Positions 28,359-38,297 of a stretch of DNA of 64,000 bases are shown piece by piece. The notes below the pieces were generated by a model. That model had not been told where the DNA came from, searched no databases, and saw nothing but the letters and a program-made list of their open reading frames with translations. Position numbers and translations under genes: made by a program. The DNA is taken from the NCBI GenBank assembly GCA_051003195.1, contig JBPCLP010000020.1, positions 166,664 to 230,663 on the forward strand, in the 5' to 3' direction. This stretch comes from Candidatus Sumerlaeaceae bacterium. GTDB taxonomy: Bacteria; Sumerlaeota; Sumerlaeia; Sumerlaeales; Sumerlaeaceae. Within the stretch, counting starts at the first letter, position 1. Each line of letters opens with the position of its first letter.

Positions 28359-28508
28359 GACTCGAAGGGTGAGATGAGCGGCAGATTGCCACCAAAACGG
28401 TGTTAACGAACGGAACGTTGAAGCAGAGAAATTACAAACGATCTCGCATACTGTATGCGTGTGCCTGTGCGGTTCAATTGCTTTTTGTGAGTCTTTGTGG
28501 TGGCAGGC

Positions 28509-29801
28509 TCACTTCCCAAAATAGCGGCTCACGACATCCTTCTGGCTTGGTGATATTTTTGTCCGGTTCACATTCGAGCCTTCCTGCGCACTGAAGTTTT
28601 TCAGTGTACCTGGCGAAAACTTTCCGGGCTCCGGTTTCGGTTCGATCGGGATAATGCCCAGATCTACCATGTCTTCCGGCGTGACGAACTGGTTGTTAAG
28701 GTCCTTCTCCTCGAACTCCGCGTCCTCCAGTTTCTGTTCGTCACCCATAACCAGTGGTGCATCTGCGCGCCCGCGATCACGACCTCCGCGTCCGTAGCAG
28801 TTTCCGTCGCCCTCTTTCATTCCCATTTTTTCGCACATGCCGGCCAGTTCTTTTCGGAGCTTCGCAAGGTCCTTGGCGCTGCACTTGCCTCCCTTGCACT
28901 TGCTCATCGCGTCTTTCATCTCTTTGCGCTGTGCGCTGCTCAGTGGCATTTTAGGATCATTTGCTCTTAACGTAAGATCCTGGACAATTTGTTCCATCTT
29001 CTCTTTTTTCTGTGCGTCATCGCCCAATGGCGTGGAATCGCCTTTTGACTCGCCAAGCAATCCTGCCAGCTGATTCAACGCCGAAGCGGTCTGCCCGGCT
29101 GCGGTCTCACTCTGCTGCACGGCATTCTCGATGCGTTGCTGTATTTCCTCGACTGCCTCCCACTGCTCCCTGGAAACACCCTCGGGGCTTTGCTTGATCT
29201 CTTCCAGCTGCTTCTGGAGCTCCTGTTTGTCTTTTTCCGGCAGTACCTCGGCATTCATTTGCAGCTTCTCTGTAAGCGGCTGCGTCAGAGCTGTCAGTAC
29301 CTCCTGCTTTTCACGTTCGCCGGCAGCAGGACGAGGGGGAATCATCAACACCACAGCCACAAATGCCGCGGCCGGAACCAGCCGTTGGGCGAAGTACCTG
29401 CTGTTCAGCCGCGGAAAGTGCTCGCGCAGTTTCTGCTGGAGACGGGTGTAATAGTCGGGCTGCTGCGCAAGGGCCGGCCGCTCGTAAACAGATGTCACCA
29501 CCCCGTCGCTTGCCGTCACATGATCGACGACCTCCGCGATTTCAGACTCCCTGAAGAAGAGATCGCCTTTGCGGCAGCGTTGAAAGACAGTGGCCAGCAG
29601 CACCGGCAGCGCGAGGAAAACCAGCGCCGACCACCACATATACTGCGGCGCAAGCATCTTCAGGAGCAACAGCACAACCGCAAATCCGGCCAGCACGCCG
29701 GCCGCCGGGGCTACTGCGCGGCTCAGCCAGACTGTCCAGTTCACCCGCCGCGCGACCGGGCCCAGAATCTGCCGCATCTCGCGCCCGTGGTCTTCAGTCA
29801 T
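28509..29801 (-). CDS. Membrane-anchored coiled-coil protein, first gene of the MoxR operon
   Basis: Three N-terminal TM helices, Q/E/K-rich coiled coil, GRGG..RG motif, C-terminal VVSRYF. Confidence 0.75.
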   Translation of the reverse strand: MTEDHGREMRQILGPVARRVNWTVWLSRAVAPAAGVLAGFAVVLLLLKMLAPQYMWWSALVFLALPVLLATVFQRCRKGDLFFRESEIAEVVDHVTASDGVVTSVYERPALAQQPDYYTRLQQKLREHFPRLNSRYFAQRLVPAAAFVAVVLMIPPRPAAGEREKQEVLTALTQPLTEKLQMNAEVLPEKDKQELQKQLEEIKQSPEGVSREQWEAVEEIQQRIENAVQQSETAAGQTASALNQLAGLLGESKGDSTPLGDDAQKKEKMEQIVQDLTLRANDPKMPLSSAQRKEMKDAMSKCKGGKCSAKDLAKLRKELAGMCEKMGMKEGDGNCYGRGGRDRGRADAPLVMGDEQKLEDAEFEEKDLNNQFVTPEDMVDLGIIPIEPKPEPGKFSPGTLKNFSAQEGSNVNRTKISPSQKDVVSRYFGK

Positions 29802-29959
29802 CCTGATATCCTCGATTTAGGCTACAAATTAAGGCCCCATGCCCGGAGTGTCCAGCTTAGACGTTGCCCAGTCACGATTAGTTACCGGGGCCGTTATAAA
29901 AAATTAACTCGTTCGCCGTCAGGAATTGAAACGGCGATAGAACGGACTTACTCGCGCGA

Positions 29960-30817
29960 TCAACGACGCTGCGTCGAATACTCGGCGACCATTGGAGCAG
30001 TCATGACTTCATTCATGCTCCCGGTTCGGTAACCGACAAGGTCCACGGATATGTATAAAAACCCAATTTCGCGGAGCCGCGAAGCCACTTTCACATTCAA
30101 ACTATCTTCGAAGAAGCGTGGCAGCTCTTCCGGAACAACCTCAATTCGTGCAAGATTGTCATGATAACGTACACGCACCTGCGTGAATCCAAGTTCGTGC
30201 AGGTAATCTTCTGCAGCTGCGACACGGTCGAGCCCCTCGCGCGTGATCGTCTTGCCGTAAGGAAAGCGCGAAGAGAGGCAGGCGCCAGACGGCTTCGACC
30301 AGTTTGGTAAACCGAAGTGCTTAGCCATCTCACGAATTTCAGCTTTGGTGACATCACACTCGAGCAGGGGAGCGAACGTGCCGATCTGCGCAGCCGCCTT
30401 CATTCCCGGGCGGTAATCTCCGCGATCGTCCGCGTTCGTTCCTTCGATGACGCACGAACAGCCCCACTCCTGTGCCAGTTCCGCCAGGCGTGTGTAGAGT
30501 TCATGCTTACAGAAAAAGCAGCGATTCACCGGGTTCTCGGCGTAGTGAGGAATAGCCAGCTCGCTGTACTCAATCGAGTGGTGATTCCAGCCCTGCTGGC
30601 GCGCGAGCTCGCAAATCCCCTCAAATTCGTCCGGAGTCAGCGTTTCGCTTTTTGCGGTAACAGCGAACGCGCGTTCGTAGCCCAGCGTGTCGTGCGCGAT
30701 CTTCATACACAGCGTTGAGTCAACTCCGCCCGAGAGCGCCACAAGCACTCGTCCTTTGCTCTCTAAGGCGGCGGTCAGGCGTTCCAGCTTCTCGGTGGTT
30801 TGCGGTGCGATTGCCAT
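29960..30817 (-). CDS. larE: LarE family ATP-dependent sulfur transferase
   Basis: PP-loop SGGVDS, RCFFCK, EGTNADD.GDYRPG, CLSSRFPYG, RVRYH, GYRTGSMN. Confidence 0.9.
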   Translation of the reverse strand: MAIAPQTTEKLERLTAALESKGRVLVALSGGVDSTLCMKIAHDTLGYERAFAVTAKSETLTPDEFEGICELARQQGWNHHSIEYSELAIPHYAENPVNRCFFCKHELYTRLAELAQEWGCSCVIEGTNADDRGDYRPGMKAAAQIGTFAPLLECDVTKAEIREMAKHFGLPNWSKPSGACLSSRFPYGKTITREGLDRVAAAEDYLHELGFTQVRVRYHDNLARIEVVPEELPRFFEDSLNVKVASRLREIGFLYISVDLVGYRTGSMNEVMTAPMVAEYSTQRR

Positions 30818-30872
30818 ACGTTTACCTGCTACAGCGCTCAAGGCCGATGCTTCGCACCAGCGAAGCCACACA

Positions 30873-31103
30873 TCAGTATAGCTGCCAGTCGGATGCCAGT
30901 GTGGTCGATAAGTATGTGACGGTGACAAGCGGCCTCAAAGCGACGCTTGTGCTTTCATGGCTTTCAAAACGTACCGCCGTTGCGACGGTGCTTTCGTTAC
31001 CGCGCAGCAGCCATCCGACGTTGCTGGCCGGCGCGGCAACCCACGACTGCACGTCAGAAATCATCGCGGGGGCAGACCACGTGCAGGGTCCAAGAACGTC
31101 CCT
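30873..31103 (-). pseudogene. C-terminal remnant of a DNRLRE-like extracellular domain protein ending ASDWQLY
   Basis: TWS..AMISDVQSW...SNVGWLLRGNE...RFESHE...RPLVTVTY resembles the end of DNRLRE-type domains. The similarity continues upstream of the ATG to an in-frame stop at 31104-31106; no signal peptide. Confidence 0.6.
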
Positions 31104-31132
31104 TCATTCCTTGGTGAAACAAGCTTTCGTGT

Positions 31133-31639
31133 TCAGCTGCCCCACCATGGCCAGGTGACATTCAGCATGGAGTTGGTCAGCACGGTCGCACCCAGCGCGA
31201 GCACGATAGGATCGCGAAAGCTGCGGCGACTGGCAAACCGTCGGGCAAAGACATGGGCGAGCAAAGCAGCCTGAAGCACGAGAAGCGGTAAATAGACATG
31301 AAATGCTGAGATGGCGCCGGATGCGACACCAGAGAGTGCTGGCGAAGGCGGCCCGACCACCGCTTCGTAAATACAACGCAGTGTGGCGCCACCGACATTG
31401 AAAGGGGCGGCGAGCACCGGCAGTGCCATGCGCAGATGCAGTGATTTCGCCTGGACGTGCCCTACATAATAAAATGCCTGAAACAGCCCTGCGGGTAATG
31501 ACAGCAGGAACTGCAGGCCGATGCCATAGAAGATGAAAAACAAATGCCCGTACTGTGCCCGCGGTCGCATAATAAAGATCGGGATAAGGCAGGGTGGAAG
31601 CAAGGCAGCCGTGAGCAGCAGAAGGAAAAGATTACCCAT
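31133..31639 (-). CDS. Hypothetical membrane protein
   Basis: 168 aa with about four hydrophobic segments; ATG 15 nt after the dusB stop. Confidence 0.6.
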   Translation of the reverse strand: MGNLFLLLLTAALLPPCLIPIFIMRPRAQYGHLFFIFYGIGLQFLLSLPAGLFQAFYYVGHVQAKSLHLRMALPVLAAPFNVGGATLRCIYEAVVGPPSPALSGVASGAISAFHVYLPLLVLQAALLAHVFARRFASRRSFRDPIVLALGATVLTNSMLNVTWPWWGS

Positions 31640-31653
31640 GCAGAATGCCGCGC

Positions 31654-32802
31654 CTAGGCAACGGCGCAGGAACGGCGGTTCACCAGGTAAACGCGATACT
31701 CGGAAAGCAGCTGCTCGATGTCCGTGTAGGTCTCGATCTTCATCAGCCGCTCGCGTAGCGTTTTACAGCCCGGGATCCCCTTGATATATTGCTGGCTGTG
31801 TTTACGCATCTCGCGAATGCCGCGCAGTTCGCCCTTCGTTTCCACCATCAGGCTTGTGTGGTGAAGGATCAGGTCGAGCCGCTCATCGATCGGAACGTTT
31901 TTCATGTAGTATGGCACCTTGACGGGCACGTACTCGCCGTTATCCTCTACGTAGACGAGTTCTTCGCCAGGCACTTCCGTCTCGTCGCGCACACGGCCTT
32001 CAAAATAATCATTCAATGCACTTTCACATGCGCGCACGAGCCACGGATTCCCGATAATCCCACGGCCGAGCATAACAGCGTCGCACCCGGTCTGACGGAT
32101 CATCCGCACTGCATCGGCAGGGCAGGTTACGTCCCCGTTGCCGATCACCGGTATCGAAACACTTTCCTTCAGCTTTGCAATGAGCGTCCAGTCTGCCGAA
32201 CCGCTATACCCCTGCTCACGCGTGCGGGCGTGCAATGCTACAGCCTGCGCGCCTTCACCTTCGCAGATCTTCGCCAGTTCGATAGCAGAAAAATCGCTGC
32301 CATCCCACCCGGCGCGCATTTTTACCGTAAATGGAACTTTAATTGCACGGCAACATGCGCGAACGATTTCAGTTACGATGAGGGGCTGCCGCATGAGTGC
32401 GCTACCGCAGCTATTCCCGGTGACGTTACGCGCAGGGCATCCCATGTTTAAGTCGACGATGGTTGCGCCTTGCTCCTCGACTATCTGCGCTGCTTGCGCC
32501 AGCGATTGCGGGTTACTTCCAACCAGCTGGACCGATACAGGTTGCTCGCCCGCTTTCAAGTCCAGGATGCGCAAGGTGTTTTCATCCTGGCGCACAAGAC
32601 CTTCAGCTGAGACCATCTGAGTGGTGGTCAAATGCGCGCCCATACTGCGCGTCAGCCCCCGGTATGCCCGGTCACTGATGTTGCACATGGGAGCTGGAAT
32701 GACACGAGTTCGCAATTCAACATCACGAATGCGGAACCCCGCCGATGGTCGTGCGGGGGCTGGCTCAGCGTGGAATTCATTATGAGACATTGAAGGCGAC
32801 AT
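31654..32802 (-). CDS. dusB: tRNA-dihydrouridine synthase B
   Basis: APM, DLNMGCP, GSALM, VKMRAGW, HARTR, GNGDV, GRG..GNPW, MRKH. Confidence 0.92.
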   Translation of the reverse strand: MSPSMSHNEFHAEPAPARPSAGFRIRDVELRTRVIPAPMCNISDRAYRGLTRSMGAHLTTTQMVSAEGLVRQDENTLRILDLKAGEQPVSVQLVGSNPQSLAQAAQIVEEQGATIVDLNMGCPARNVTGNSCGSALMRQPLIVTEIVRACCRAIKVPFTVKMRAGWDGSDFSAIELAKICEGEGAQAVALHARTREQGYSGSADWTLIAKLKESVSIPVIGNGDVTCPADAVRMIRQTGCDAVMLGRGIIGNPWLVRACESALNDYFEGRVRDETEVPGEELVYVEDNGEYVPVKVPYYMKNVPIDERLDLILHHTSLMVETKGELRGIREMRKHSQQYIKGIPGCKTLRERLMKIETYTDIEQLLSEYRVYLVNRRSCAVA

Positions 32803-32918
32803 AGTTTAGACCGCATGCCTTACACAGGTTACGACTGACATTATTCCGTAGAACAGAGCCTGGTATAGTGCGAAGTCGTCCACCGTTTTACTTGCTATCG
32901 CTCCGGGCCGCTTGACTC

Positions 32919-34916
32919 ATGTGCGCGGTCGTGAACACTTCCGTTACTCAGCTCTGGAAACAATATGGTTGGAGGCTGCTGCTCGATGCAGCGCTCCTTT
33001 TATTTTTCCTGGTATCACTTGTCATCCTGTTTACCCTGAAGAGCTCGACGTCCACGTGGGCACTCATTCCGCACGGGCTGTGCAATCTGAGTCTCTGGCT
33101 GCTCCTGATGCGCCACCGGTCTCTGGGCAGACCAGCGATGTACTGGAGCCACTTCGATTTTATTGTTGTGGCTCTATTTGCGTGCTGCATCGCAAATGTG
33201 TATTACAGTGAAGTGCGCGCGGTGTCCTGGCGCACTGCAGCACTGTACCTCGACTCATTCAGCGCCTACTTGCTGGGGCGCATGCTGTTTTATCACCGCA
33301 TCAGAAGCTATGTTCTGGTATTGCTGGCAGCTCTTACCCTTAGCTGGGTGGGGACAACGATGGTGAAGCGGGAGGCACTTGCCAGCGCAACAGAGCTGCG
33401 CCAGCAAGCGCAAGCACCAGCATCCGCCCAGCCCGCGGGAGGAACAGAGGCACTGCTCAGCAAAGCTGACTATCAGCGCAATGTCGGCGAAACAATGAAA
33501 CGAACCCGGAAGACGATCGTCCTGCTGCTGTGTTTCTGGGTTCTTTCTGTGCCGTTTTTGCTGTTGGAAAAGCCCAGGGTATTTGCCTTTTTCTTTTACG
33601 GGATTGCCCTGCTGGCGGGATATGGCGTATATGCGGGAGCGCGACTCAGTTGGATGTGGGCGTTTGGGCACGACAGCAGTACGGGTATGCGTCACGACCG
33701 CGTGCAAAGCCTCGTTACCGCCTGGCGTATTCTTCAGAATTACCCTTTAACCGGAGGCGGCCTCGGCACGTTCAAGTATATGTATAACGCATATCGTCTC
33801 ACGCCCGCCGCCTCGCTGACCGCCGGATTTAATTCCTACGTCTACTGCGCAATTGAGATGGGGCTCGTGGCAGTGGGCATGCTTCTCTATCTTTTTCTCA
33901 GGCTGCCTCTGCACGTCATACGCCGCTGGCGCCTGTTTCCAAATCGTCGGCTACGGTTCGCTGTTTTTGTGTTTCTTGCGTTCACGATCATTTTTGCACT
34001 TCAGAGCTTTCATGACGCAAATCTCTTCACGCCTGGGTGCTGGTTCGTGGCCTGGTCGGCAATTGGGACGCTTGTTGGATTGGTGATGGTTCGAGATCCC
34101 GTTCGTATATTTGAAATGCCATTCCCGCCCGCCCGAAGTGATGGAGACGTGCCACGTCGTCGTTTTTTTGCGCCGCTCGGGTCCCCTTTCGGGCGGACGC
34201 CGACCTCCATGCTGCCATCTACACGCCCCGGTGTTTTACGTCGTCTGAGAATTGGCCAGGCGATCACGCCAGTAGTCGTGGCTGTCCTGATGTTTGCACT
34301 CACGGTTGTGGAAGCTGCCCCGTACTATGCGTTACGGCTTACGCGGTTGCGTGCAGGTGAAAAAGAAAACTCGAAGAACTACGGCGAGCGGCTGGCCGAA
34401 GCCGCACGCATTTTCCCGTTGTCCTATGAAACATGGTCCAAAATCGGGCAATATTATCGAAGTCAGGCCGACAGCCCTTTGGATCTTTATCAGTATTCCG
34501 ATAAGGTGGAGAAAGCGTACCTGAAATCCATCCAGAAAAACCGCTACAACCCGCTAAATTACGAGATGCTGTACTACCTGTATCGTGACACGAACAATCC
34601 ACAGGAATCGCTGCGGATTATTAAGCAAGGGGTGCAGGACAATCCGAACGAGCTGGTGCTGCGCATGCTGCTGGTCATGGAACTGGAGAAGTTTGGCAAT
34701 TTTGCCCTCGCCACCTATCACACAAAGCAGGCCCTGTTTCGAATTTCGCCGCAGAATGTCGAACTGTACCTTCGCCTCGCTGAGCAATACGTGGTGCGCG
34801 GCAAGGCCACCGATGCCATCCTCTATTACCAGTACGCGAAGCAGGTAGTGCCTGACACGCCGGCCGCCAATGCACGCCTTAGAACTCTTCGCGAACGTCT
34901 CAAGCTCGCCTCCTGA
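32919..34916 (+). CDS. O-antigen ligase-like membrane protein with C-terminal TPR region
   Basis: Multiple TM helices, R...AWRILQNYPLTGGGLGTF...NSY...EMG WaaL-like loop, helical TPR-like tail. Confidence 0.75.
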   Translation: MCAVVNTSVTQLWKQYGWRLLLDAALLLFFLVSLVILFTLKSSTSTWALIPHGLCNLSLWLLLMRHRSLGRPAMYWSHFDFIVVALFACCIANVYYSEVRAVSWRTAALYLDSFSAYLLGRMLFYHRIRSYVLVLLAALTLSWVGTTMVKREALASATELRQQAQAPASAQPAGGTEALLSKADYQRNVGETMKRTRKTIVLLLCFWVLSVPFLLLEKPRVFAFFFYGIALLAGYGVYAGARLSWMWAFGHDSSTGMRHDRVQSLVTAWRILQNYPLTGGGLGTFKYMYNAYRLTPAASLTAGFNSYVYCAIEMGLVAVGMLLYLFLRLPLHVIRRWRLFPNRRLRFAVFVFLAFTIIFALQSFHDANLFTPGCWFVAWSAIGTLVGLVMVRDPVRIFEMPFPPARSDGDVPRRRFFAPLGSPFGRTPTSMLPSTRPGVLRRLRIGQAITPVVVAVLMFALTVVEAAPYYALRLTRLRAGEKENSKNYGERLAEAARIFPLSYETWSKIGQYYRSQADSPLDLYQYSDKVEKAYLKSIQKNRYNPLNYEMLYYLYRDTNNPQESLRIIKQGVQDNPNELVLRMLLVMELEKFGNFALATYHTKQALFRISPQNVELYLRLAEQYVVRGKATDAILYYQYAKQVVPDTPAANARLRTLRERLKLAS

Positions 34917-34976
34917 AAGGAAACGGCCCGCTGAATCGCGACACAACCGCGATGTAGCATTTTTTCGCTCACCGGA

Positions 34977-35051
34977 TGGGGCGTCGCCAAGCGGTAAGGC
35001 ATCGGCCTTTGGAGCCGACATCCGAAGGTTCGAATCCTTCCGCCCCAGCCA
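34977..35051 (+). tRNA. tRNA-Gln(TTG)
   Basis: TGGGGCG/CGCCCCA acceptor stem, D-loop AAGCGGTAA, anticodon arm TCGGC-CTTTGGA-GCCGA, T-loop GTTCGAATC, encoded CCA. Confidence 0.97.
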
Positions 35052-36379
35052 CCTTCTTTTGCTGACGCAGATACGGTTTGTGGTCTGTTAAAGTTGATGG
35101 GTGGCGTTTTCTGTCGGGGCCGCAGGAAGAGGAGTGGGAGCTTGTGGGGGGTAGAGAGCCTTGCGGGGGTAAGGCAATGTTGTTGTGGTGGGGAATGTTG
35201 CCTGCCGTTTTTGGGGCGTCGGCCGATGGTGAGGACGAGAGTCAGACGGCCCCCGGCTTTCGAGATTTGACGGACCAACAGTATTCTGACGTTGTTTTCA
35301 GAGCTGGAAAAACATTTTTTAATCCCTCTCAAACCGTGCTTCGTTTTGTTCAGTCCTATAGTGCATGATTTCTTCAGAACTCCCACTTACGCCTGTTGAT
35401 GGTTGTGCAGGCAGAATGCTTTCTGCCGTGTATGGCGTTTTCACGGTCTTCGCGGTAGGGGTCTTGCTGCCAAGTGTTGCGACTGCCGCTACTTATCACT
35501 CGCTCTCTTTCGGCGAAGTTGTGCGTCTTGCCGATGTGGTTGTTACCGGCACCGTGGTGAAGGCTGAGGCTCAGTTCACGGATCCGGTATTCCAATTCCG
35601 CGCGGATGAAGTGTTGAGCGGAACTGTTGCCCAGGGCAGCATACTCGCAATCCATCGCTACCAGCTAAGAACGGCTTACAACAGGGGAACGCACAAGGTG
35701 GGCGATACCATGGCACTGTTCCTTTCGAACAAAGCACCCCGGCGAGACATTGGATGGCCTGCCGGGAGCTTCGCCGTGCTCAGGGGCTCAGCGGAGGGAG
35801 AGCTTCCGATTATTGCTGGGCGGGTCATGATCACCGGAGCCGAGCTTGAATTGCGCGATCATCCCACGACACAAGTCATGTTTGGGGGCCAGCCTCTGAA
35901 AGCGCACGTTGTCGACGCAGCGTCTTTCGCACCCGCCATTCGCATGTACCCCGAAGTTCGAAGAAGCCTCCTGCACGATTTGAAAGCCGAACATCCTCAC
36001 AGTGCCGAAGAAGCTGTCCAAGCTACAAAACGAATTGCGGCCAATGGGCACTGGGAGGCGCACCTAAAGGCGTCAGGCGTAAATAAAGCACTGTTTTGGT
36101 CAGTCGCCAGTGAATGCCAGCAGGCATTTCGTGCTTGGGAAAACGCTAAGCAGATGCCAACATGGATGGCAGAGGATGTACAGGAATTCCTGGCGCAGTG
36201 CTTACGGATGAAAAAACCGTGATCTGCTCAAGGAGCCGTATGCTCGCCTTGTTGCAGGCGTTGTAAACAGGGAGTTCTGCTCAGAAGGCTCGCCGCTGCG
36301 TGCGCCAAGTTGAGAAATTCTCTGTTCGGTGCCATGATTTCGGTTCCAAGTGCGTCCACTATGGCCAGCCACCTTCTTT
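35045..36379. mobile_element. tRNA-anchored islet bounded by 15-bp direct repeats (attL/attR-like)
   Basis: CCAGCCACCTTCTTT at 35045-35059 (includes the tRNA 3' end) and again at 36365-36379; no integrase inside. Confidence 0.65.
35365..36222 (+). CDS. Hypothetical secreted protein (islet cargo)
   Basis: Signal peptide ending VATA, followed by SFGEVVRLADVVVTGTV, which resembles TIMP/OB-like N-terminal domains. Confidence 0.65.
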   Translation: MISSELPLTPVDGCAGRMLSAVYGVFTVFAVGVLLPSVATAATYHSLSFGEVVRLADVVVTGTVVKAEAQFTDPVFQFRADEVLSGTVAQGSILAIHRYQLRTAYNRGTHKVGDTMALFLSNKAPRRDIGWPAGSFAVLRGSAEGELPIIAGRVMITGAELELRDHPTTQVMFGGQPLKAHVVDAASFAPAIRMYPEVRRSLLHDLKAEHPHSAEEAVQATKRIAANGHWEAHLKASGVNKALFWSVASECQQAFRAWENAKQMPTWMAEDVQEFLAQCLRMKKP

Positions 36380-36584
36380 GGAACCTGAAAACGGAGGCCG
36401 GATTCGGCTCTCATGAAAAGGATTGCTGCAACTGCTCTCGTTCATTGACTTGACTGTCGCCACCCAGAATTCGAGCGACTTCGTGAAAGCGCATGTTCCG
36501 ACTGAAAGCATTTATAATTAGCCCATCTGCCCATGTTGACCCAGCGTGCAGTGTAGCTTTGTTTCGCACGCGTGGGGCTGAGAC

Positions 36585-38174
36585 TTGACTAAAAAACAGC
36601 GTCGGTTCAAAACGCCTCAAGGCACAGGTGGTGGACAACGAGACGCGCCCATGCACTCCGTCCCTGAACCCTCTTCAGATGACGACATGAACCAAGGTGC
36701 GCCTCCAGTTATCATGCCCGCGCTGATCAGTAGACTATTGCCGACACCTGCACATCATCTCCGGTTCTTCGCTGTGCTTGCGATCTTGCTGGTCGGTCTG
36801 CTGCACCGCGGCGTCGGCCTCGGTACCATCCCGCCACCGCACGCCACCGACGACGAGGTGTGGTACGCGTGGAGCGGGCTGAGCATCCTCCATGGCGAGA
36901 AACCGACCGCGTGGTCCATGCTGCCTGGCTATCGCAATCGCACGCTTGGTTGGGCCTGGTACGCGAATGAAAAATATCATTTTGTGCGCCCGGCGCTCGA
37001 TCATCCACCGTTGTTCCCTCTGCTGGCAGGTGCGTTCGTCAGCTTAACTGGCCCCGCCAGGATGAAAATTGATCTAAAGCCAGCTGGCTCGGTAAACCTT
37101 TGGGACATAAATTTGGGCAAGGCCCGCATTCTTTCGCTGATCATGTACACGCTGGCGTTTTTGCTGCTACTGGACCTCGTGACACTCAGTCTTGGGTTCT
37201 GGCCGGCAGTGGTTGCAGTGGCGGCCTACAGCTTTGGATTGCCGATTGTGCTGCACCAGCGACTGCTCGTTGCTGATAATCTCGCGGCACTGCTGCTGTT
37301 GGGAAATCTTGTGGTGCTTCAGAGATTTTTTCTTGGCCGCTGCAGCCGCCGCACCTTCACCATTGCGACGCTGGTGCTTGTTCCGTGTGCCACCCTGACG
37401 AAGATCGTCGCTGTCACCCAGGCCGCGGTCGTCGGCGGGCTGTTATTGATGCGCCGGCAAATTCGCCTGCTTTGGATACCAGTCGCCGGGGCGGCGATCG
37501 GTGCCGTGCTCCTGGTCGCTTATGCCGCCGCGCTCGATTGGCAACTATTCCGTCTTGTGCAGGGCAGCCAGGCGGATCGCTTTTCAGGTTTTAATTTCGT
37601 GGAACGCCTTCTTGGCTCCATGCAGCTCGTCGGCCATGGGCAGTTCAGCTTCTTCCTGTGCATCGGTTGGATTTTCGCACTTGCGATGGCGCTGGACCGC
37701 AGCGCACCACCGCTGGCTGTCGGGGTGGTGTGCTATGTGGTCGCCATGACTTTCTTTGCGGACTCGCGGCGAGTATGGGGGTGGCACCAGCTTTCTTTAT
37801 ACCCGTTCCTGTGCATGGGGTATGGCTGGGTATTCCGCAGGTTGTGGCGGTCAACGGCGCCGGGACTTTCAATTACGGTTCTTGGTCTGTTGCTTATCTG
37901 GGTTTTTCAGGATTTTCATCTTTTGTTTCCGGCGAGCAAAGGAATCACACGCTTCGGATATGTGATCGCTGTTCTCGGCATTTTTTCTGTAACTCAATTA
38001 AGTGGGGGCTTGCGCACCAGGGCCATCCGGAGCATACTCGTATTTCTTATGGCCAGTGGACTGTTGTTGGAAGTGGCTCGAGCGGCACGCATGACAACCG
38101 CGGACTTTCCTGAAGCGAAAAAGCAACGGCCGACCGGGGCAGCGCTCGAAGTGCCGGCAGGATTCATACGCTGA
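36585..38174 (+). CDS. ArnT/PMT-like (GT-C) membrane glycosyltransferase
   Basis: DDE..Y motif after TM1, DHPPLF, ADN, ATLTK, many TM helices. Start uncertain. Confidence 0.75.
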   Translation: MTKKQRRFKTPQGTGGGQRDAPMHSVPEPSSDDDMNQGAPPVIMPALISRLLPTPAHHLRFFAVLAILLVGLLHRGVGLGTIPPPHATDDEVWYAWSGLSILHGEKPTAWSMLPGYRNRTLGWAWYANEKYHFVRPALDHPPLFPLLAGAFVSLTGPARMKIDLKPAGSVNLWDINLGKARILSLIMYTLAFLLLLDLVTLSLGFWPAVVAVAAYSFGLPIVLHQRLLVADNLAALLLLGNLVVLQRFFLGRCSRRTFTIATLVLVPCATLTKIVAVTQAAVVGGLLLMRRQIRLLWIPVAGAAIGAVLLVAYAAALDWQLFRLVQGSQADRFSGFNFVERLLGSMQLVGHGQFSFFLCIGWIFALAMALDRSAPPLAVGVVCYVVAMTFFADSRRVWGWHQLSLYPFLCMGYGWVFRRLWRSTAPGLSITVLGLLLIWVFQDFHLLFPASKGITRFGYVIAVLGIFSVTQLSGGLRTRAIRSILVFLMASGLLLEVARAARMTTADFPEAKKQRPTGAALEVPAGFIR

Positions 38175-38297
38175 TACGCCGCGGGGTTACCTCGTGTGCC
38201 GTCCCAGAAGTTCATAACTATATTTCAGTAAGCTTTTGAGCTCGGACGGCACACTGAATCGAATACGAACTAACGGTAGACCGCACCAGGAGTAAAG

